Source: an uncultured Pseudomonadota bacterium (GTDB lineage Bacteria > Vulcanimicrobiota > Vulcanimicrobiia > Eremiobacterales > Eremiobacteraceae). Taken from it: a DNA stretch of 64,000 nt. This document shows, one piece after another, positions 1 through 7,411 of the stretch. Positions within the stretch are counted from its first letter, which is position 1. Each line of letters starts with the position of its first letter. Below the pieces are notes generated by a model. It was not told where the DNA came from. It searched no databases and was given only the letters and a program-made list of their open reading frames with translations. Made by a program: the position numbers and the translations under genes. The stretch spans positions 128,001 to 192,000 of the forward strand of contig CAVTNB010000001.1 in NCBI GenBank assembly GCA_963736005.1. Reading direction: 5' to 3'.

Positions 1-601
1 CCGTGCCGACGTCGATCGAGTAGGCAAGTCCGCACGCGACGCACGTTGTGATACGCGGCTTGGTCGTCTGCCCGTTTTGATAGCGCATGAGGACGTAACC
101 GCAACGACAAACATAGCCGGCAAATTGCGCCGGGTGTCCGATGACGAGGTGAAAATCGGGGACTGGCCGGGTCACGACGGAGCCCATGCCAACCATCGCA
201 AAGCGGCCAATGGTCAGGTCGCACCCAATCACGCAGCGAGCGCCAATGGTTGCGCCCTCGCGCACGAGCGTCCGTCTGGTGTGCTCGTCGGGTTCGGAGC
301 TTCGCAATTCACGTAAGTCCGACGTCGTCGCGCGCGGGGTACGATCGTTGGTGAAGATAGTTCCCGCGCTCACCATCACGCCGTCCTCTAACGTGACGCC
401 AGGGCAAATGAACACAAATGAATTGATCTTGACGCGATTGCCGATCGCAACGTCGTACGAAATGTGGCTCTTTCCGCCGACGATGCATTCCTGGCCGAGC
501 CGCGCGCCATGCCGAATGTGCGCGTGGTCCCACACGGCCGTGCCGGCCCCGATAGTGGCGCCATCTTCAACGATCGCGGTGGGGTGAATTCTCGTGTCCA
601 T
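1..601 (-). CDS. Hexapeptide-repeat sugar N-acetyltransferase (WbpD/WlbB-like), 3' end outside the window
   Basis: Manual minus-strand translation from ATG at 601: MDTRIHPTAIVEDGATIGAGTAVWDHAHIR...IFTNDRTPRA...GATIGARCVIG...GMGSVVT...GHPA...CRCG...CVACG. Left-handed beta-helix repeats plus a C-terminal Cys pair motif. Not in the ORF track because no stop falls in the window. Confidence 0.85.
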   Translation of the reverse strand, partial: MDTRIHPTAIVEDGATIGAGTAVWDHAHIRHGARLGQECIVGGKSHISYDVAIGNRVKINSFVFICPGVTLEDGVMVSAGTIFTNDRTPRATTSDLRELRSSEPDEHTRRTLVREGATIGARCVIGCDLTIGRFAMVGMGSVVTRPVPDFHLVIGHPAQFAGYVCRCGYVLMRYQNGQTTKPRITTCVACGLAYSIDVGT

Positions 602-603
602 GC

Positions 604-1644
604 CTAGCCCGCCGCCGCGCTGATCGGTACGAGCTCAGGAATGGCCACATCGCCGCCTTCGTGGCCATCGACACTCACCCAACGATCGCAGCGTAACGAG
701 CGATACGCCGCCGCGATCGCTTGTACCGATGCAAGCCCATCCTCTGGCGTGATGAGCAATTCTTCTTCGCCCTGCAGCGAGCGGCAAAAGTTGTCGAGTT
801 GGGCAGACAAGGCCTCGTGTTTGTCGTACCCGCTACCGAAGCTGATCCACGTTGCTTTGCTTCCGTGCCGGTAGCGGGAGCGCGCCCAACCAAGACTGAT
901 CGCACCATCGGTTCCATACACTCGCACGTAGTTCTCGCTCGAGAGGTTGCAACTCCACGAGAGGTCGATGCTCCCGAGCACGCCGGCGGCAGTACGGGCG
1001 ACCACGTGCGCGGTATCTTCGACAGCCAATTGCTGCACGCGCGCTCCCTCGTAGGCGGCGATTGCCGTGATCGGACCGCACAGATACCGGAAAATGTCGA
1101 CCGAGTGCGTACCATTGTCGATGATGACTCCGCCACCGGACATAGCGGGATTGGCGTGCCACCGTCCGGCCATTTTCACGCCAGAGGCAAAGGCGTTTTC
1201 AAACGCGAGCACTTCGCCCAAAAGGCCAGCGGAGATAAACGCCTTGGCCTGAATGACATCGCCGACGTATCGAAACTTCGATGCCATCGCGAGCTTGACG
1301 CCCACACGGTCGGCGACATGGAGCATGCGTCGAGCGCTCGCCACGTCGATGCTCAACGGCTTTTCACACAGGACATGAACGCCGCAGCGCAAGAGTTCGA
1401 GGGCGATCGGTGCATGCGTTGCGGGAGGCGTGCAGACGAGCGCGGCATCAAATCCGCCCGCACGCAAGAGCGAATGATGCGAGTCAAAAACGCGACAACC
1501 AAAAACATCCGCGATGCGAGCAGCTGCTTCCAGGTTCGTGTCGGCAACAGCCACGAGTTCTGCAGTGTCGCTTGTCTCCAACACACTCGAGTAGGCCTGG
1601 GAGATCCAGCCGGCGCCAAGCAGGGCAATGCGAACTTTCTGCAT
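604..1644 (-). CDS. Gfo/Idh/MocA family oxidoreductase
   Basis: N-terminal GAGWIS Rossmann motif, HVLCEKP motif, GGG..DNGTH motif. Confidence 0.9.
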   Translation of the reverse strand: MQKVRIALLGAGWISQAYSSVLETSDTAELVAVADTNLEAAARIADVFGCRVFDSHHSLLRAGGFDAALVCTPPATHAPIALELLRCGVHVLCEKPLSIDVASARRMLHVADRVGVKLAMASKFRYVGDVIQAKAFISAGLLGEVLAFENAFASGVKMAGRWHANPAMSGGGVIIDNGTHSVDIFRYLCGPITAIAAYEGARVQQLAVEDTAHVVARTAAGVLGSIDLSWSCNLSSENYVRVYGTDGAISLGWARSRYRHGSKATWISFGSGYDKHEALSAQLDNFCRSLQGEEELLITPEDGLASVQAIAAAYRSLRCDRWVSVDGHEGGDVAIPELVPISAAAG

Positions 1645-1647
1645 GCG

Positions 1648-2880
1648 CTATTGTCCAGCCGCGGCGACCGCGTCGCGAACCATGGCCGCGATGTAGTCGA
1701 TGTGTTCGTCTGTGTAGCGATCGTTCCACGGTATGACGATGATGCGCTCCAACGCCGCGTATGCGCCCGGGAAACGTTCGGGCGAGTAGTCGAGGGCCTC
1801 TGGGCGCGCAAGCGTGAACGGGTATCCACTATCGCCGAACGTGCGCCGCTGCGCAAACACCGCACAGGTGAAGGCTGGCTTTTGAATGTAGCGCGGGACG
1901 GCGGCGATGCCGCGATCGCGTAAGTACTTGGCAATGGGGCCGACCCCACAGGAGAGCCTGCTTGAGTCCACCCCAAGGCAATACTTCCAGTAGACGTGAC
2001 GGCTTTGCTCGCGCACGAGGGGGGTCTCAATACCAGGCTGGCGGCGCAATTGGCTTGTGAGCTTGTTTGCAAGCGACACGCGTCGAATGACCGCCCCGCT
2101 GAGCTTGTCGAGTTGGGCCACCCCGACCGCACCTGTGAGCTCGTTCATGCGATAGTTGAGGGCGAGGAAGTAGTGATCGGGGTGCTCGTCGCCATAGCCC
2201 CACGCCTTATTAATGAAGAGTTCCATTCGGCGCGCGAGCACCGGATCGTCAGTGACGACGAGGCCCCCCTCGCCGGTCGTGACATGTTTGCCCTGTTGCA
2301 GGCTGAAGCAACCGATCGTGCCGATGGTGCCCACCGTTCGACCGCGGTCGCTCGCTAGGAAGGCCTGCGCGCAATCTTCGATGACCGGAATATTGCGCTC
2401 GGCGGCCAGCGCGACGATGTCTTCCATGTCAACGGGATTGCCAAAAAGGTGCGTGACCACAATTGCCTTCGTGCGATCGCTCAGACGGTCACGGATCGTC
2501 CCGGCCGTGAGGTTGCACGTGTGCTCGTCGACGTCAGCGAAAACCGGAATCGCCCCCTGATACAAGATGGGTGCGAGTGCACCCATGTCGGTAATGGGCG
2601 AGGTAACGATTTCGTCGCCAGGATTTGGGTTGATCGCGGCAATTGCGCAGTGCATCGCGGCGGTGCCAGAGGCGCACGCCGAAGCATACCCAACGTCGAG
2701 GAGTTCGGCGAAATTTGCTTCCAGAGTCTTGACGAATCTGCCCTTCGTGCTCGTGAGCGTGCCACTGAAGATCGCCTCGCTCAGGAGGGCGAGCTCCCTT
2801 CTTCCCAGACTGCGCCCGGTGGCATCTTGATCCGACGGCAACGTTAAAAAGGAGGATGTTTTTTCGACTGGGTTATGCAC
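1648..2880 (-). CDS. DegT/DnrJ/EryC1/StrS family PLP-dependent sugar aminotransferase
   Basis: SGTAAMH, IEDCAQA and FSLQQGKHVTTGEGG (PLP lysine) motifs. Confidence 0.92.
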   Translation of the reverse strand: MHNPVEKTSSFLTLPSDQDATGRSLGRRELALLSEAIFSGTLTSTKGRFVKTLEANFAELLDVGYASACASGTAAMHCAIAAINPNPGDEIVTSPITDMGALAPILYQGAIPVFADVDEHTCNLTAGTIRDRLSDRTKAIVVTHLFGNPVDMEDIVALAAERNIPVIEDCAQAFLASDRGRTVGTIGTIGCFSLQQGKHVTTGEGGLVVTDDPVLARRMELFINKAWGYGDEHPDHYFLALNYRMNELTGAVGVAQLDKLSGAVIRRVSLANKLTSQLRRQPGIETPLVREQSRHVYWKYCLGVDSSRLSCGVGPIAKYLRDRGIAAVPRYIQKPAFTCAVFAQRRTFGDSGYPFTLARPEALDYSPERFPGAYAALERIIVIPWNDRYTDEHIDYIAAMVRDAVAAAGQ

Positions 2881-3847
2881 TCGATTCAGTTCTGCTTCCT
2901 GTTTGCAAAGGCAAAGTGGTGGGTGGCTTGCGGCGCAGCTGGGTGATATAGGTCCCGGTCAAGACGCCGAGAAATGCCAAACTCGCGAGCTGCACGGCGA
3001 GCGTTATCATCGTCGCTTCGATCGCAATCGTGCGCGAGGAATGGAAGAACGCAAGACTCGCGGCGAGGAGAGGCCAGATACCTGGGACCAGAGCGGGTAG
3101 GACAAAAATCATGGATGGCCGGAACCGGAGCCCGGCCATCATGACGGACCAGGAATGTGATACGACTTTCATGCTCGAGCGGCGTAAACTCGCGCCTGTG
3201 GGCGCGGATCTCCACTGGAGTCGCGCCGGAATTTCCAAAACGGGAAGCCCGAGCCGCAGGGCTGCAAAAACGACCTCGTAGTTGAAATCCATGTGCGCGA
3301 CCGAAACGTTAAGTTTGCGCAACGCGGCGGCGTTGTACGCGCGCACCATGCCGGTGAGCGTTGCGAGTTGGCCGCCGGTTGCAACCGACAAATAACGATT
3401 CGCCCATGCGGAGAGGATCTTGCGCGTCCAAGGAACGTTGACAACCATGCCACCGCGCATATACGGAGAGGTCAACACCATGGCTGCGTTTGTCTGTTCG
3501 AGCGCGCGAAGCATAAGATCGATGTGATAGGGCGCGTACGACAGATCGACGTCGAGCGTGACCACGAGATCGCCGCGCGCATGATGGAAACCGGTTTGCA
3601 GTGCGGCGCTCAAACCTTGGTTGCGAAGATGGTGTACCACCGTGACGTTTGGGTGGCTGCGAGCGAAAGCCTCAGCTATGGCGCCCGACTCGTCCGCGCT
3701 ACCATCGTTGACCACGATGATTTCATATGGATGCTTGGGCTCGAGCGCGCTCACGTGACGGTAAAGCTCGCCAAGGTTGCCGGCGATGATGGCAGCCTCG
3801 TTAAACGCTGGGACAATATAAGATACTAGCGGCTTTGTTTGGCTCAT
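2873..3847 (-). CDS. Glycosyltransferase family 2 (DPM1/ArnC-like) with C-terminal TM helices
   Basis: SYIVPAFNE, IIVVNDGS and TLDVDL (DxD) motifs; hydrophobic C-terminus. Start taken as ATG 3847 (MSQTK). Confidence 0.88.
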   Translation of the reverse strand: MSQTKPLVSYIVPAFNEAAIIAGNLGELYRHVSALEPKHPYEIIVVNDGSADESGAIAEAFARSHPNVTVVHHLRNQGLSAALQTGFHHARGDLVVTLDVDLSYAPYHIDLMLRALEQTNAAMVLTSPYMRGGMVVNVPWTRKILSAWANRYLSVATGGQLATLTGMVRAYNAAALRKLNVSVAHMDFNYEVVFAALRLGLPVLEIPARLQWRSAPTGASLRRSSMKVVSHSWSVMMAGLRFRPSMIFVLPALVPGIWPLLAASLAFFHSSRTIAIEATMITLAVQLASLAFLGVLTGTYITQLRRKPPTTLPLQTGSRTESSA

Positions 3848-4056
3848 AAATAGACTGGTCCGTCGAGTCCAGTGTACCGCCGTGAGCCCCGTCACGGCGA
3901 GAGCAAAACAGCAACGACAAGGCCGCCCAGCGCCTCAAGCGCCAGCCCCCGCGATGAGGCCGAAAGGCCCCGCTAGCTAGGGTCCTGGGAACCCAAGGCG
4001 ATTTGCCTCCCGCCTGCCGATAATTGTGTTACCTCCGTCACGGGAAAAGGAAGGCC

Positions 4057-4897
4057 ATGGCACACGCGCTTTGGACAGGGTCCATTAACTTTGGGCTCGT
4101 CAACATACCGGTCAAACTCTTCACCGCGGTGCGCGGAAACGATCTCTCGTTTCGTTTTTTACACAAGAAAGATAAGGGACGCATCAACAACGTTCGCACG
4201 TGCAGCGAGTGCAACAAGAAGGTTCCCTGGGATGAGATCGAGCGTGGTTATGAGATCGAGAAGGGTCAGTACGTTGTTCTGACCGATGAAGACTTCAAGC
4301 GCGTGAACGTGGAGGCGACGCAGTCTGTCGATATCGTCCAGTTTGTCAATCAAAAAGAAATCGACCCGATCCTCTACGACACCCCGTATTATCTCGAGCC
4401 CGAAAAGAAGGGGCGCCACGCGTACGCCCTCCTTCGCGAGGCTCTCAAGAAATCGGGCAAAGTGGGTGTGGCGCGAGTCGTCATCAGGACTCGCGAGCAT
4501 TTGGCGGCCGTGCGTCCGCAAGGCAATGCAATCGTGCTGGAGACAATGCACTATGCAGACGAGATCGTGCCGGTCGACCAATTCGATCTTCCGCCCGCGA
4601 AAAGAAAAGACGCCGGCGACCGAGATGAAGGCGGCGCTGATGTTGATCGACACCATGGCGGAGAAGTTCAACCCGCAGGCCTTCCATGACGAATACAAAG
4701 ACCAGCTCTTGACGATGATCAAAGCACGCGCACGCGGTAAAACGTTGCCGAAGACAACCGCGAAAGCTCACGAACCGACCAATGTTGTTAACATCATGGA
4801 CGTTTTGCAACGCAGCTTGAGCGAACGGCGCACCAAGGTCACGTCGGCTTCGAAGAACGGTCGGAAAAAAAGCCGTCGCCTTGTCGCAGTAGGCTAG
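4057..4897 (+). CDS. ku: NHEJ Ku protein, interrupted by an apparent +1 frameshift near 4600
   Basis: MAHALWTGSINFGLVNIPVKLF...GYEIEKGQYV...PYYLEP in ORF 4024..4689. The C-terminal part (EMKAALMLID...FHDEY...NVVNIMDVLQRSL plus basic tail) is in ORF 4343..4897. The junction is in GCGAAAAGAAAAGACG. Confidence 0.93.
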
Positions 4898-4985
4898 GCG
4901 AACCGGCGTTCGATTTTCGGGTCCAAACGAGAAGGCATCAGGGCTTCCTCGCTCGAACGTGCGTTCGAGGCGGAGGTGCTAAGGA

Positions 4986-5342
4986 ATGCCTTCCTTTCAG
5001 CTTTGGAAAGAGCGCGACGCTGCGTTGAAGTGGCATCTGTCCACGTCCATCGCGGAGTCGAAACAATTAAGCCGAATCGAGCGTCGCGTTCTCTTGTTCC
5101 TGTTTGCGTATTACGATCGAGAGCACGTCCGCATCGATTATCCTGGCCACCAAAGCTTTTCCACGCGACACCACATCCCGCCCGAGCAGTTGCAGAGCGC
5201 CCTGCTGTCGCTTGAGCGTGCAGGCTTTGTGATGCCGCAACCTTCGCCTTCGAACCTGTGCGCCTATCTCCCAAATGCCCTGCTCCTTGCCGAAGCCTAC
5301 GAACGAGCAAAGCAGGCGAGTCCAGAGCTTTTTATCGCTTAG
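4986..5342 (+). CDS. Hypothetical protein, possible winged-helix fold
   Basis: Good RBS (GGAGG...AAGGA-ATG). LSRIERRVLLFL...LQSALLSLERAGFV resembles wHTH helices. Confidence 0.6.
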   Translation: MPSFQLWKERDAALKWHLSTSIAESKQLSRIERRVLLFLFAYYDREHVRIDYPGHQSFSTRHHIPPEQLQSALLSLERAGFVMPQPSPSNLCAYLPNALLLAEAYERAKQASPELFIA

Positions 5343-6330
5343 GCTTTTCGCGCACGACGTCGCGTGCGTTCTTGTCGTTGCGCAAACCAAGAAACACCGG
5401 TTGGCGCATGAGCCCGTCGGCAGTCCATTCTCCAAACTTCACTTCCGCGACGAGGACCGGTCGCACCCAATGGCTGGCAGCGTTGGATTTGGGCGCGGTC
5501 GCGAACGGACAACGCTTTGTCTCGAGCGGACGTAGTTTCTTCATGACTTGCGCAAGCAAGGCGCGGTCGAATCCTGTGCCAACATGTCCGACGTACACAA
5601 GTTGTCCTCGATCGTAGAGGCCGAGGAGCAACGCGCCGAAGTCTTCTCGCGAGCCGCGTGGCTCCGTCCAACCGGCTATGACCGCTTCCTGTTCGTGATG
5701 CGTCTTGATCTTGAGCCATAGCCGAGAGCGCCGTTCCACATAGGGCGCATCGCGACGCTTTGCCATGATGCCTTCGAGCGCGCGGCGCTTCGCGAGCGAA
5801 AATAACTGTTTGCCGCGGCCCACGACGTGCTTCGAAAACATGACGTGTGGCGCGTTCGCGTGCAGGATGCGCTCGAGCAATTCTTTTCGCTGTTCCAGTT
5901 GGTGCGTGCGCAGGTCGGTTTTGCCTGCGAAGATCAGGTCGAAGATGACGTACGTCGCTGGAATGGCGCGCTGAAGAGCTGGATCACTCGTGCGGCGGTT
6001 GAGTCGCGATTGGAGCCGCTGAAATGAGGAACGCCCGTAGCGGTCGAGCGACACGATCTCGCCGTCAACGACCACGGGCAATTGCGAAAAGCACGTCGCC
6101 AGCTTTGCGAACTCAGGAAACTGCACGAGCAAATCCTTGCCCGTGCGTGAATGCATCGTTGGGGGTTTGTTAGGGACGACCGTTGCAATCGCGCGGACGC
6201 CATCCCACTTGATTTCAAACAGCCATTCGTCATCGTCGAAAGGAGCATCGACGAGCGTCGCGAGCATGGGCTGGCGGATGACGGGCAGCCGGATCGCTAT
6301 CGTCCTTTTGTCTTGCGATTGGAGATCCAA
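5332..6330 (-). CDS. ligD: ATP-dependent DNA ligase (LigD ligase domain, stand-alone); exact start uncertain
   Basis: PMLATL, FEIKWDGVR (adenylation Lys), VDGEIV, EGIMAKR, WLKIK motifs; OB-fold with YVGHVGTGF and MRQPVFLGLRNDK. Confidence 0.92.
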   Translation of the reverse strand: MDLQSQDKRTIAIRLPVIRQPMLATLVDAPFDDDEWLFEIKWDGVRAIATVVPNKPPTMHSRTGKDLLVQFPEFAKLATCFSQLPVVVDGEIVSLDRYGRSSFQRLQSRLNRRTSDPALQRAIPATYVIFDLIFAGKTDLRTHQLEQRKELLERILHANAPHVMFSKHVVGRGKQLFSLAKRRALEGIMAKRRDAPYVERRSRLWLKIKTHHEQEAVIAGWTEPRGSREDFGALLLGLYDRGQLVYVGHVGTGFDRALLAQVMKKLRPLETKRCPFATAPKSNAASHWVRPVLVAEVKFGEWTADGLMRQPVFLGLRNDKNARDVVREKPKR

Positions 6331-6935
6331 CGAGCCGCATGATGGCTCTTGGCGAGATCGTCGAGCGTGCGCCCGCTCTTGACGGACTCATCGTGTCGTT
6401 CCGGATCCCAGCGTGGATCGGCGCCTGTATCTTTATCTTTGATCAGCAGCCAAGCGTTTTCAGATCCGTCGCGCGGCCGCATGCGGACGAGCGTAAACAT
6501 GCCCGTGAGCTTGCGGCCTCGCAGGATGAACTTGATCTTGCCTTTGTGAATCTCGGCGCTTGGGTTTTGACCCTCCGCCAAGCGATACGTGCCCCGATCC
6601 CAAACAATCACCTGACCCGCGCCGTAATTTCCGGGAGGTATGACCCCTTCGAAATCACGGTAATCAAGAGGATGATCTTCGACCTGCATAGCGAGGCGGC
6701 GATCAGCGGGGTTGAGCGTCGGCCCTTTCGGAACGGCCCACGACTTCAAAACGCCATCCGCCTCGAGGCGAAAATCGTAATGAAGCCGCGATGCTTTATG
6801 CTTTTGCACGACGAAGCGCAAAGCGCGACCGCGCGGTTGTTTTGCGCCTCGAGGTTCAGGCGTTTGGGTGAAATCGCGTTTAGCGGAGTAGCGGCGCAGC
6901 GAACCGCTTGCGGCTTTTGGCTTCTTTGGCGTCAT
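6297..6935 (-). CDS. LigD 3'-phosphoesterase domain protein (stand-alone)
   Basis: YSAKRDF..TPEP, FVVQKHKASRLHYDFRLE, SWAVPKGP, VEDHPLDY..FEG and YGAGQVIVWDRG motifs. Confidence 0.92.
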   Translation of the reverse strand: MTPKKPKAASGSLRRYSAKRDFTQTPEPRGAKQPRGRALRFVVQKHKASRLHYDFRLEADGVLKSWAVPKGPTLNPADRRLAMQVEDHPLDYRDFEGVIPPGNYGAGQVIVWDRGTYRLAEGQNPSAEIHKGKIKFILRGRKLTGMFTLVRMRPRDGSENAWLLIKDKDTGADPRWDPERHDESVKSGRTLDDLAKSHHAARWISNRKTKGR

Positions 6936-6981
6936 CTCGCCATCACAATTGCTGTCTTATTCGTTTAACCCCCTCCTACAA

Positions 6982-7001
6982 GTAAGGCAGGGGTCTGCAA
7001 A
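6982..7001 (+). repeat. 20-bp direct repeat of tRNA-Cys (D-loop through anticodon loop); candidate att site
   Basis: GTAAGGCAGGGGTCTGCAAA at 6982-7001 is identical to 10597-10616 inside tRNA-Cys. Confidence 0.9.
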
Positions 7002-7411
7002 TGCTTGTAAGGGCGTCCCGCCAAATGTCGGCACGTCCATTTTATTCAGAAGCAATGTTGCCCGCTGATGCTAAGTTAGCGTGACTGATGCGAAGTCCGT
7101 GACCATTTAGTGACCACAATATGTCAACGGGAATTACAGCCCTTGGGATGCGTTCTCAATCGCCAGCGCTTACATCGAGGGTTGCGTTGACACGGTCCAT
7201 TTCATTAAAAGCAAACACTTTAGAATAAAACAGTCGCCGAAGAACCAACTGGCGGCGTTGAACGCCTACTTCGAGGCAACCGGCCTCGCGCACTGACAAA
7301 ATCCAAAAAAGTCCGAAGTTTCTTGGCCGATTTTTGCTGATGGGGGATTATCTGAGGCCCGACGGTGTATCAAGGCGAGGTTCCGACGCGTGAGCAGACG
7401 AAGCACGTCTA

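Noticed and set aside
3951..3975. GATGAGGCCGAAAGGCC resembles the hammerhead ribozyme core (CTGATGA-GGCCGAAAGGCC-GAAA)
   Set aside because: The essential CU before GAUGA and the GAAA after stem II are missing (it reads GC...CCGC); just a GNRA hairpin.
4595..4612. Programmed ribosomal frameshift in ku at AAAAGAAAAG
   Set aside because: The required shift is +1, not the -1 of A_AAA_AAG sites, and several unrelated genes show similar indels.
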